Source: Felis catus
Lineage: Eukaryota
Length of the DNA: 64,000 nucleotides
Assembly: GCF_018350175.1 (NCBI RefSeq)
Contig: NC_058369.1
Coordinates: forward strand, 17,920,001-17,984,000
Direction: 5' to 3'
This document shows positions 24,263-35,597 of this stretch, piece by piece. The notes under the pieces are model-generated. The model was not told the DNA's origin, ran no database searches, and saw nothing but the letters and a program-made list of their open reading frames with translations. Each line of letters opens with the position of its first letter. Position 1 is the first letter of the stretch. The position numbers and the translations under genes are program-made.

Positions 24263-25041
24263 CTCAAGAGCCTATTTTAAAAGGCAAAACAAAACATGGA
24301 AGAATCTGTGCATCAGTAAAGATAAAACTGCAACGGACTAAAACCGCATCAAATATGTCTAAAGTCACAGGTTCATAATAATGCTGAAAAACCCACTGGC
24401 ATTTTGAATGGATGTTAAAAAACCCACCCATTATTCCAAATAATCAGTAAATAATCTACCTTTCCTATATAAACTATACCTCAGTATAAGCATATAATTG
24501 ATGAGAAAAAGTTTATCTTTACAGATTCCAGCTAAGAAGGAATGACAAAATTAGAAAAGTGCCTAATGAAAAAATGGATCTAAGGCAATAGCAACACAGG
24601 CAAGACAGACAAATACTGCACTTCCTGATGGCCACTACCATTTCCAAGGGATCCTAGCTCCCACCTACCCCAAAACTGAACCTAAATCTAACCAAGCCTC
24701 TAGATCAAATTATCAAAACCTAATGGAAACAAAGAGAAAAGAGTAACATGTAAAAGACCACAGGGATGTAATCAGTAAAATTCAGATGGTGGGAAAGTTT
24801 AGAAGACCTAGTTTCTTTGACAAGAAATTTCCAAGATGAAAAAAATAAAAAGGGTATTTAAAAAGACTTAAACATTTCAACCAAAAATGTGTGGACTTCA
24901 CTTGGCTCTCCATTCAAACCAACCGTCAGTAAAAACATATTTATGAGACAATTAGGAAAATGTGGACACAAACTAGATACTTGACAATAAGGCACTACTG
25001 TCCAGTTTTAAGGAGCTCACATCTTAAAAATACCCTTGTCT

Positions 25042-25235
25042 TGGGGCGCCTGGGTGGCTCAGTCAGTTAAGCGTCCAACCCCTGATCTCGGTTCAGGTCA
25101 TCATCTCATAGTTCTTGAGTTTGAGCTCGCATCGGACTCTGAGCTGACAGTGTAGAGCCCGCTTGGGATCCTCCCTCTCCCTCTCTCTCTGCCCCTTCCC
25201 CACTCGTTCTCGTTTTCTAACTTAATTAAAAGAAA
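25042..25235 (+). mobile_element. Can-SINE
   Basis: GGGGCGCCTGGGTGGCTCAG head. Confidence 0.9.
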
Positions 25236-25263
25236 ACCCCTATCTCTTAAAGATGCATGATGT

Positions 25264-25492
25264 GGGGCGCCTGGGTGGCGCAGTCGGTTAAGCGTCCGAC
25301 TTCAGCCAGGTCACGATCTCGCGGTCCGGGAGTTCGAGCCCCGCGTCAGGCTCTGGGCTGATGGCTCAGAGCCTGGAGCCTGTTTCCGATTCTGTGTCTC
25401 CCTCTCTCTCTGCCCCTCCCCCGTTCACGCTCTGTCTCTCTCTGTCCCAAAAATAAATAAACGTTGGAAAAAAAAATTAAAAAAAAAAAAAA
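25264..25492 (+). mobile_element. Young SINEC_Fc-like element with TSD
   Basis: CpGs intact, long A tail, perfect TSD AAAGATGCATGATG at 25249-25262 and 25491-25504. Confidence 0.95.
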
Positions 25493-25555
25493 AGATGCAT
25501 GATGAGATGTGTATGGATGCAATGACACAGGAGACACTTCAGAAAGAGCTCGGTT

Positions 25556-25710
25556 GGGGGCACCTGGGTGGCTAGTCAGTTGAGTATTTGACTCTTAGTT
25601 TCAGCTCAGGTCATGATCTCATGGTTCATGGGTTCAAAACCCACACTGGGCTCCATGCTTACAGCACGGGGGCCTGCTTAGGATTTTCTCTCCCTTCCTT
25701 CCCTCCCTCT
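25556..25710 (+). mobile_element. Can-SINE with tail replaced by a purine repeat
   Basis: SINEC head and body. Confidence 0.85.
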
Positions 25711-25749
25711 GGAAGAAAGGAAAAGAGGGGAGGGGAGACGACAGGACAG

Positions 25750-25921
25750 GAGAGGAAGAAAGGGAAAGGGAGAAAGGGAAAGGGAAAGGGGGAAAGGGAA
25801 AGGGGGAAAGGGAAAGGGGGAAAGGGAAAGGGAGAAAGGGAAAGGGAGAAAGGAAAAGGGAGAAAGGGAAAGAGAAAGGGAAAGAGAGAAAGGGAAAGAG
25901 AAAGGGAAAGGGAGAAAGAAA
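25750..25921 (+). repeat. Pure-purine (GGGAAA/GGGAGAAA)n tandem repeat
   Basis: About 170 nt containing only A and G. Confidence 0.95.
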
Positions 25922-26140
25922 CAGCTCGGCTGGGGGATGCTGGGTATAAGAGACAGTCACGGCCCAAGACTGACATAAGTAGGTTAATCACCGAAACTGG
26001 GTGACTGGTAGTTACAAGTTCAAAGTATTATTCTATGTTTAATATGTGTAAAATTTTCCCTAGTAAAAAGTTAAAAAAAAAAAAAATAAAACATACTCAA
26101 TTCTGAGGAACTACCCCCTCAAGATTAAAAAAAGAAAGAA

Positions 26141-26290
26141 GGGGCACCTGTGTTTCAGCTTAGGTCATGATCTCACGGTTCCTGGAATAGAGTCCTGTGC
26201 TAACAGCACAGAGCCTGCTTGGGAACTCTCTTTGCCCCTTCCCTGCTCATGCATGCACATACACTCACTCTCAAAATAAATAAACTTTAA
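26141..26290 (+). mobile_element. Can-SINE, internally deleted
   Basis: ggtcatgatctcacggtt...ctcaaaataaataaac. Confidence 0.8.
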
Positions 26291-26745
26291 AAACTAAATA
26301 AATTAATTAAAAAGAAATCACTAAGTAAAAAAAAAAAAAAAAAAGCTGGGGGGTGGGGGGGGAAGCTCCATGCTTTATTCATGTGCCAGTCTGGTGAACC
26401 AGGATTGAAAGGTAAGCACCCACCTGCCACTCCCATTCTTGGCAGGAAGCACTATCTGGGGACTTCTGTAGGAGTCTGAAAACACAAACCAGCCCCTTGC
26501 ATTCTAGGCTAAAGCGTCCCTGATGCAGGTTGGTCTCTCCATGAGGTGGCCCTCAACCGCCTCCCCACCACCTGTATTCCCAGACCAGCCCTTGTTCCTG
26601 AGGGAGTGGTATTTGCCTATGGTTACCACAAAGGGTGCCCTGGCACAACCATGACTAGAAAATAAACCCAACCTCTCTGAGCTCCTAGGATCTCACCTAC
26701 CCTCCCCTATCCCCAAGGCAAAGATACCCTGTGAGCAAAGGATAC

Positions 26746-26921
26746 TGTATTGGTTCCGATGTTTTGCATTCTCCTTCATTCTCTGTAACTGTTGCTGGTG
26801 ACACTTCATGCTCCAGGGGTTATAGTGTTTAAGCTGGGAACTGACATTCCCCTTTTTCTCTACGCTGTAGTACAAGACTTCAGATTTCTTTAGCCACTCA
26901 AATTCTTCTTCTAACTTATGG
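26746..26921 (-). CDS. IP6K2: IP6K2 exon 4
   Basis: HKLEEEFEWLKKSEVLYYSVEKKGNVSSQLKHYNPWSMKCHQQQLQRMKENAKHRNQY|gtatcc; 176 nt. Confidence 0.96.
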
Positions 26922-27809
26922 CTGTAAAGAGACAAGGAGCCAATAAATCACAACATCTTATCAGAATTCAGGGCCAAAGAGGCATGAAGAAACTTCTGGA
27001 GTGATGGGAAGTTTGAGATCTTGATGTGGTGGTGGTTTTAGTGTACACATTGAACACTTCAAATGGATACATTTTATTCTAAGTGGATTATACCTCAAGA
27101 AAGTTGACTTTGAAAAAATTAAAGGGCCAGATCACTGTTTTTTCTATAGAAAGAGAACCTAAGATGCAAGAACAGCCTCTGCCTCCACCACTGCACACCC
27201 CCCCACCCCCAAGCAGCCTTCACTGCCCTTTTTTTCTAGGCAGTACTGTCCCCTGGCTTCTGCTACATCCAAGTTCCCTGATTCCAAATGCTGGAGACTG
27301 GGAAAAGCTGAACTGAAATCCCATGGGAATAAGCCAACCTACTTAGCCACATTATAAACACTTCTCAATTTTTATATATTATTTATATTTTTACCACTTC
27401 TGCCAAGAACCGGCTCTTGGAAGGCTCTGTGTCAGTGGATCCTACATTCCGGGGATGCCCAACTGACCATTTTGTCTCCCACCATCAATGAGCAACTTGA
27501 GGTGATGGGACAGTTCCTACCTTGGCCACTGCGACATCCCCAGGATGTGTAGCACAGGGCCTGGCACAGGGCAGCTGCAGGAGCAATGAGTGACTAAAAC
27601 TCTTTTACAGCTGCCACTGTAGCTGTTTACCCAAAATGGCATGACCTAACCCAGAATCATTACAAAGAAGCTGCCATGTGGGAACTGGCCACTGAGTGAC
27701 AAGGCACCATCGTTTGAGTCTCTAGCTCCAGACGACCGGACTATAACTAAGATCCCATGACACCTCCCCTCCCGTAGAGTCCAGGGTTCCCCTCTCAGTT
27801 TATACCCAC

Positions 27810-28032
27810 CTTTTCATCTTCTCCTCTTTCCGGTGCTGTCTCACCCAGTCCTTGGGGCTCTTTTCTGTCTCTAGGACGTGATGTTTTTTGTTTGTCCACC
27901 TCAGAAGCTTACTTTTTGGTTCACAGTCTGAATTGTCTACACTGTCCACAATTCCGTGGTCCCCTTTTAATGGATATGCTATTAAACACAAGTTCCTGTC
28001 TTCATCTTCTTCAAAGCGAACTGATACCACAC
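27810..28032 (-). CDS. IP6K2: IP6K2 exon 3
   Basis: VVSVRFEEDEDRNLCLIAYPLKGDHG...VRQHRKEEKMK|gtgggt; 223 nt. Confidence 0.96.
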
Positions 28033-28816
28033 CTGGAAGGGGGGTGAGGAGCAGAAAGAACTTTTAATTCCAAAGATGATGTGTTATAAATAACATGATT
28101 GTAACATTTGGTTTTTTCTTACCCTGTTCCTTAGTCTCTATGTTGCCAGAGGCCCCAAACTCATCTGCAAACCTAACAAATATCAAAACAGCTAGAAAAG
28201 ATGACACCATACAAGACAAGCGATTAGGGAGCAAACATGGCCGAGAGTCTTCCTCTCTGATGCACTCAACAAGGCAAGAGCCAAAGAATTACAAGACACA
28301 TTTTTCCATTATTGAAAATGTTTATTAAATTTTATGTAATTCTTCTAATCCTAAAAGAGACGTAAAAACATTTGCTCTTTATATCTTACGGGAATTTTTG
28401 ATGCCCTAAACAGAAACTCCGGCGGCCTGAGACTTGCTTTAAAGCAGAGCCTGAACACTGGGAACAAAGGTTTGCCCTGAAGGGTAAGAAGGGTCCAAGG
28501 GTAAGGGAAGACTGGGCAAGCAAAACAAAATAATAAAGGAGCAAACAAAACAAACCACACAGCACAACAGACACCCTAGCAAAGGCTTCTTGCAGCACCC
28601 CCACACGGGTGGGCACCCCAAGCCTTTTGTCCTCAAACATGTTACTTTATTGGTCTTTGCAGTCACAAAAGAACAAAATGAACACAAGGCAAATAAGGTT
28701 GGGCCGGGAGCACAGACGCATGGTGGCCTTGAAAGCAGCTCTCCCCCTTGAGTCTCTAGAACCTGCCATGTGTAATTAGACAGTCTTTGAGGAGGGGGCT
28801 GTCAGGTGGGAGCGTT

Positions 28817-29121
28817 TCAGCAGGTGCCGACGAGCGCCTTACAACCGACTGGCTGAACACCTTTCCTCCCAGGCCTCTCTGGCCTGGGATCACTCAATTT
28901 GCTCAGTCCTTGCTGCCCGCCCGCTTGCTCGCTTGCTGCAGGGGAATGCGTGCTCAGAGAGAGATGACACTTCTGAGGTGGTCCCTGTCTTTGGGCGCAG
29001 AGGAGCAGAGGAGCCTGGGTAGGGAATTCAGGGGACCACACTTCCCTGTGGCCACGGGGAAACAACCAGGGGGAAAAGGGGGACAAGGGTGGCCAGCTAA
29101 CAAGGGGCCTTTGGCTTTGTC
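28817..29121 (-). CDS. IP6K2: IP6K2 candidate alternative terminal exon (short isoform lacking the kinase domain)
   Basis: Strong acceptor ctctgttgttttttccag| is in phase with exon 2 and gives YKG-QSQRPLVSWPP...; AATAAA at 28651-28646 and 28326-28321. Confidence 0.6.
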
Positions 29122-29970
29122 CTGGAAAAAACAACAGAGAAGGACCAAGTGAGGGCCTTCAACTCCCCCACCCCCAACCACAACACACATGCATATTCAC
29201 AGAGTACAGAGAGAGGCGCCCAGTACATTCTGTCTTCAAAGAGCATGTTTCAACAGTCCCAGAAGAACCTAAGTTGTTCAAGAGTCTTTTGTACAACCAG
29301 GCAATGTAAATTTAATTTCCTTAATGGGTTCTTTGATTTACAAAATATCCCCCATTCCCAGGAAAGTCCACACCATGATGATGGCTAATGCTGTCCCCCC
29401 AAAAATGCATTATAAAAAGAAAGAGAGAGTCACCATATGTGAATCAAAGAGTTGCCATAACATTGCAATTTCAGGGACATTCCGTAATAGCAAAGGGTTT
29501 CAGCTAATCAGCACAGGCCTCCCACTCCTGCATTCCATCTGACTCAACCCTGCTCCCAGCCTACCTAATCACCAGGGCTTCTGGTTTCCTGGAGGACAAA
29601 AAGCAGGCGGCAAGCATTCTGGGAAAAATCCTCCCAAAGTCTTCCCCCGCTGTCTCCCATGGGCGGGGGTGGGGGGACTCCTATGGGGTACTGTGATCAA
29701 GAGATACCTGAACATAAAACACAACTACACTTCCACCAAAAATAAACTCAAAACAAATCCACAAAACAAAACAGAATTAAGCAATCTTACCAGGGCTTGC
29801 AAACTGAGGGTGTGAGGTGCTGGGCTGAGGGCCAAGAGGAGAAGGGAAAACACAGAGTGGGGAGGAAGGAGGGGAGGGCTCCCGGGATAGCTGCCCGCGC
29901 CTTCCCCGGCTGCGAAGTGCCGCCTTGCATCTCCTCGCCAGCGGAGACCCTTATGGCAGCGGGGGCTCAC

Positions 29971-30172
29971 CTTTGTACTGGGGAGTGAATTTGCGCATCT
30001 CAGCTGGGAGGGTCTCGTAGAACTGGTGCTCCCTCGGAACCAGGGGCTTGCATAGGGTCGTCTCATTGAAGCGGAGCACGCATGAGTGCCCCCCGACCTG
30101 GTGGACAAAGGGCTCCAGCAGGACGCCCTTGGTGCGGGGCTCCACGTCCATGGCCCTGAAGGCTGGGCTCAT
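29971..30172 (-). CDS. IP6K2: IP6K2 exon 2 coding part (whole exon 30302-29971); inositol hexakisphosphate kinase 2, 425 aa in total
   Basis: [67 protein letters not shown]|gtgagc; acceptor tttgcttccggcag| lies 130 nt before the ATG. Confidence 0.97.
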
Positions 30173-31412
30173 CCTCCAGACGCAGACGGCAGGAAGAAGG
30201 GGGAGGCGGCGGGGTCCAGCGGCCAGCGAGTCCTCCGTCCGTCGTCTGTCCGTGCGTCCCTCTGTCTCGCTTTGACTCCTCAGTCGCGCGGGCCAGGACG
30301 CTCTGCCGGAAGCAAAGAGAGACACTGGCATTGGTTGGAAGCGGCCTGGGAACCGCCTTAGAGCCCTAGCCTTCCTCCAGCGGAAAGACAAGCAGCCTGT
30401 GCTCTCGCCGGGCCCCACCCACACCGCCCACCCCGGCTCCGCCTTCTCCCGCCTTCTCCCGCACAAACAAACAGCCAGAGCTCCCGCGGGGCGGGGCCAG
30501 ATGCCGACAGGCAGCGACTGGCTCCAGGTGTACCCACACAGCCAGTGCCCTCCCACCACGACAGCGGCGTTAGATGGGCGGGAAAAACGCAAAGCCACAT
30601 AAGGTAAAGTCCCATTTCAAGCCTAATAATTCAGATTAAATCTTACCATTTTCTAATAAGATTAACTCCATGCATATATATTTTTAACTTTATTTTTTAG
30701 AGTAGTTTTAGGCCCACAGCAAAAATGAGAGGAAGATACACTGACTGTACACATAATCACCTGCTCCCACACATGTGTTGCCTTCCCCATTACCAGTATC
30801 TCCCACCATAGTGGTACGTTTGTTACAAATGATGATGAACCCACATTGACACATCATCATAGTTTACATTAGGGTTCACTCTTAGTCGTTAATTGTACTT
30901 TTATAAAATGCAGTTAAAAGGAAAACCTGCTTAGTCACCATCTAGTAAGATCTACTCCCCCAGGGTGTCCACCCCCCACCCCCACCCCAAGGCCAAAGAC
31001 AAGCCCCATTAACCTTATTAGCAGTGGAGCTTGGGCCTAGCTTTAATGATTAACGTCTGTATCTAAAAACAACTGATCAAGGCTGGCTAACTCCATTTAA
31101 AAAGATACACGGTGTTCTAGGTCACTGACTATTTTTATCAGTTCTATCCTGATCTCCAAAAGCTGGGGCACACCTTTAAACCAAAGCTGTGCTCCTACCG
31201 TAATCAGGGCTCTCATCCACTCTGAGGTTTAGGCCTTAGACATGACTTTGCATCACTAAACACCCCAGATCTTAGCAAAGCAACCTCTACACAATTGTTA
31301 ACCACTTCAAGGCATGTCAAGCTAGTTCTGTTTCCTGTCTATAATTTACAGACTACATGGTTGCTACTACCACTACTTAACAGCATGTAGGCCATTTCAT
31401 CAAACATACAGG

Positions 31413-31634
31413 GTTTTGTTGTTTTTTTTTTTTTTTTACTTTTTTTTTCTTTTATGTTTATTTATTTCTGAGACAGAGAGAGACAGAGCATGAGAGGGGG
31501 AGGGGCAAAGCGAGAGGGAGACCCAGAATCGGAAGCAGGCTCCAGGCCTGACGTGGGGCTTGAACTCACAAACTGTGAGATCATGACCTGAGCCGAAGTC
31601 GCTCACTCAACTGACTGAGCCACCCAGGCGCCCC
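31413..31634 (-). mobile_element. Can-SINE (SINEC_Fc-like)
   Basis: Antisense element flanked by the direct repeat catacagggtttt. Confidence 0.92.
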
Positions 31635-32032
31635 CATACAGGGTTTTTAATGGCAACTCGTCCAGTTTCCATTACCCCAGCTGACATGCTGGGTAAGAAT
31701 AGGTCTGCTAAAGATGGGTCCACTGTCCTCTAAGGTGAGTAATGCACCTATTAAATGTTGTTGGCTCATCACAGGAACTTACCTCATTTGGTCCTTGAGA
31801 TACCTTCTGTGAGGAAGACACTATTCTCTCTGTTGCAAACAATGACACTGCTTTGGGGAGGTGAGGGAAGGGCCAGGGACAATAAGCTCCCAAATGAACC
31901 TCAATCTTTTGGATGCCGTCATAGGGCCACCTCTAGTGCCCAGGGTCTCTGGCATTAGTACCTTCATACAGTACTCCTACATCCATGGGACACTTAGCCT
32001 GTTGTGAGAGTGCCTTCACCATGTACTTATAT

Positions 32033-32245
32033 TTTTTATTTTTTAAATTTACTATTTTGAGAGAGAGAGAGCGCGCGCACGTGCACGCAAAAGCGGGGGA
32101 TAAGCAGAGAGAGGAGAGAATCCCAAGCAGGCTCCACACTGTTAACGCAGAGCCCCATATACGACTCAACCTCATGATCTGATCATGACCTGAGCCGAAG
32201 TCAAGAGTTGGATGTTCAACCGACTGAGCCACCCAGATGCGCCCC
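32033..32245 (-). mobile_element. Can-SINE
   Basis: gagaatcccaagcaggctc...tgagccacccagatgcgcccc. Confidence 0.9.
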
Positions 32246-33414
32246 TATGTTTTATATTTATATTTGTATTATTTCCTATATATTTATAAAGTTCTCTTTA
32301 AGAGTTTCAACTGGTATTAATCTCTTTTTAGAGAGAACTGACTGTGAGTGCCAAATGAAAAGAGATGAAAATCAAAGGTCCTGATTCCTCTCCTGGCACC
32401 ACCTTCTCAGCATCACAGAAGCCCTCAGGAGGGCAAGTGCTGGGAAGGGTTCTGTGACAATCAGTTCAAAGAATGAGTACATTCCAGACATTCCAGACTC
32501 TCTCCAGAAGGTGGAGCTCTGGTATACTTGGCCACACAAGCCCTTTCTCCAGGTTTACACAGACCAGTTCATAATAACCCACTGAAAAGACCTCAGGAGT
32601 ACGAGCAATACCAAAGGAAAGCTACTGTACTGACTCACAGTCGGTCTGCCAGTAAGTACCCAAGCACGAACCAGGTACCATAATTATTAAATTGTTATTG
32701 CACAAGATGTTCCTCATGGTCCAGGCTTTAGAAACAATCCAAACCTTTCATATGAGTATAAACTGCTTTCGTTGTCAGTAATGCTAACACCAATGCAAAT
32801 CCCTTTCCAACTCTGTCCAAGATTCCTTAAATTTATTCAATTAAATAGAAAAATATCTCTCTCCAGGCATCTTTTACCCACCTCCACACCAAAGCTCAAA
32901 AACAAAAGCCGGTCCTTCATAGCACTCTCTAGTATGGTGCAGGAGTGTGGCTAGAGGCCAAAAGGCCAGGTGAATGTCTCCATCTACTCCCAGGTCCTCA
33001 GTGTATTCATTAGCTGCTGGGTATGACATGGCACCTTGCCGCCACCCCTGCAGCACCCAACTCTGGCAGTCCGTAGGACATTGCTCACTGGAGAGTAATC
33101 ATCATCTTGGGTAGAGATGCAAGAAAAATAAGGCCAACCCTTGCCTGAGGCAAGCTGATGACAGAGGAAACTGCCAAATGTGAGGTGATGTTAGAGAGAC
33201 AAGTGATTATCCTGTAATGAGGTGAAGCCGGGTTCCAGTCCCACTTCCGCCACTCGATTGCTTAGAGAAAGACTCCAAGTCCCTGGCTCCCTCTGGGTTC
33301 CAGTTTTCTGGTTTCTAAAATGGAGAAGAGAGGCCTGAAGTAGATCTCTACTCTGTGGATGGTGTAATGCAATTAGTGAATACTTGTTTGTTTTAATCAT
33401 ATAGAAAAAAAATA

Positions 33415-33537
33415 GGGGCACCTGGGTGGCTCAGTCAGTTAAGTGTCTGACTTCAACTCAGGTCATGATCTCATAGTTCATGAGTTTGAGTCCTGCATCG
33501 GGCTCTGCACTGAAGTGCGGAGGCTGCTTGGGATTCA

Positions 33538-33579
<42 letters not shown>

Positions 33580-33637
33580 GCCTCTCCCCCACTCGCTCCT
33601 CTCTCCCTTTCTCAAAATAAATAAATAAACTTAAAAA
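33415..33637 (+). mobile_element. Can-SINE with (CT)n
   Basis: SINEC head and tail. Confidence 0.9.
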
Positions 33638-34589
33638 ACAGAAAGTATCATTGTATTGCACATAATAATGTAAGTCCTGTTTTGTGATTGTTTTATTTCA
33701 ATTTTGTTCAATCTCTCAATATGAACATATGTATGGCTTCACTGTACTACATATTTCTTACATTTGGGGTGCAGACAAAGAAGTGGAGCTTCCAGTCTAG
33801 CTTCCCTTATAGGCCCTATCTCTGTGGGAAATTGAAGAAATCAAACTTCCCAAGGATTACAGAGCAGCGTATTAGTGGCCTCAACCTGGCCAGAAGGAAG
33901 AAAAGTACCCAAAACACCTGCTTTTTCACCTGCTCTTTCTCTGTTCCACATGTGGTTTGAGCAGAGGGGTCTCTCAATGGTTTTTAAACAGCCAAAGTCT
34001 AAGGCCCAGTTTCCCAAGAATCCTAGAGTATTAATGGTTAGTGAGATGTCCATGCAATGTGTGGACCCTGTACCAAGGGGGGGGGGGGGGGTGGAAAACA
34101 AAATACTGCCTTCAGATTTAGCATCTATTTTATTTTCCACATTGCCTCACATTGGCCCATGAACTCTGAACAGGTAAGGAAAACAACATAATTCATCCTA
34201 GGACAGGACACAGATTTCCTCCACAGTCCATCTCCCAAATCTGTCAAACTGGTTGAAGAATTTACTGGAAACAACACCTTAATAATCTTAGCTTCTAAAA
34301 TATTGCAAATAAAACAACTATGACTCATGAAAAGCCCTGAGCCGTTAGCTCACACATCTAGAATTTAGTTTAATGAGGCTACAAATGGAGTCTGCTGGGG
34401 CCACTTATTTGCCTCAAGAAAAGCCCCAGGGTTGGATAGTGATAGGGAATGTTGTGAGGCACACTAGCCTGATGGTGGAAAATCAACACTCACCATCTAC
34501 ACCTGCTCTCCCTGAGCCCCACAGCCGCCACCATACAGCATCTGCACGTAACCCATGACTCCACAACCAGGGTCAGTCACTGAACTCTT

Positions 34590-35200
34590 AAACACTGCTG
34601 GTAGGAATGCAAAAAGGTAACAGCCGCTTCAGAAAACAGTTTGGCGGTTTCTTAGAAAGTTCAACATATACTTATTATATGACCCAACAATCCTACATAT
34701 GCATATGCCTAAGAGAAATTAAAACAAATGTCCACATAGGCTTATACATGAATGATCATAGAGGCACTATTTACAGCAGCCAAAAGGTGGAAACCCAAAC
34801 ATCCATCAAATGGGTGAATGAATAAACAAACTGTGGTATATCCATATAATGCAATATTATTCAGTAATAAAAGTGAATGTACTGATACATGCAACAACAA
34901 AGATTCATCATAAAAGCATCACAAGTGAAAAAAAGCCAATCAGAAAAGACTATGTGCTATAAGATTCCATTTATACAAAATTCTAGAAAAAGCAGAACTA
35001 TAGAAAGTAGATAGGCAGTTGCAGAAGTAGGAGAATAGGATTTACTGCAAAGGGGACCAAGAGAACTTTTAGGGGTAATGACAGTGTTTTAGCTATGACT
35101 GGGGCAGTAATTATATGACTGCATAAATTTGTCAAAACTTATAAAATTAGACTTAAAATTGATGAATCTTATTGTATATAATTTACACTTCAATAAAGGG
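34590..35200 (+). mobile_element. Old L1 3' end (L1M class)
   Basis: cactgctggtaggaatgcaaaa; aaacaaactgtggtatatccata; gattccatttatacaaaattctag; cttcaataaaa. Confidence 0.8.
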
Positions 35201-35597
35201 ATTAAATTTTTTCTTATACTTTTTAATTTACCAAATTTTCATAAGTATATATTATTTTAATAATCAGAAAAAAATTGTATTTAAAAAGATCATATTAGCT
35301 TTTAAATAGTTTCTACATGCAAATGCACTGGATGAAATTTACCTTCCCATCTGTTCTCACTCGGGTCATTTGCCTTACACTGAGCATCTTTGAGTCACTC
35401 CTGCCAAGGTCAGCCTGGGTCACCATCTTGGTCAAAGTGCGGACGCCTCCCTTTCTGTGAAGGCATTGCCAGATGGTACAGACTTTCAGAGATAGCCAAA
35501 TTTCCCCTTGTAAATCCATGACACCCAATGCTAATCCTAAAGCCATTTGCTCCCTTTGAAAGCCTAATTTTTATCAGGCTCTTAATACTGGCAGACT

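Larger units (their letters stand above)
22881..26745 (-). other. IP6K2: U12-type (minor spliceosome) GT-AG intron of IP6K2
   Basis: 5' site GTATCCTTT at 26745; branch point TCCTTAAC at 22895-22888, just before the CAG acceptor, with no polypyrimidine tract. Confidence 0.93.

Noticed and set aside
25588..26004. Lys/Gly/Glu-rich and Phe/Pro-rich ORFs
   Set aside because: They are translations of the (GGGAAA)n repeat.
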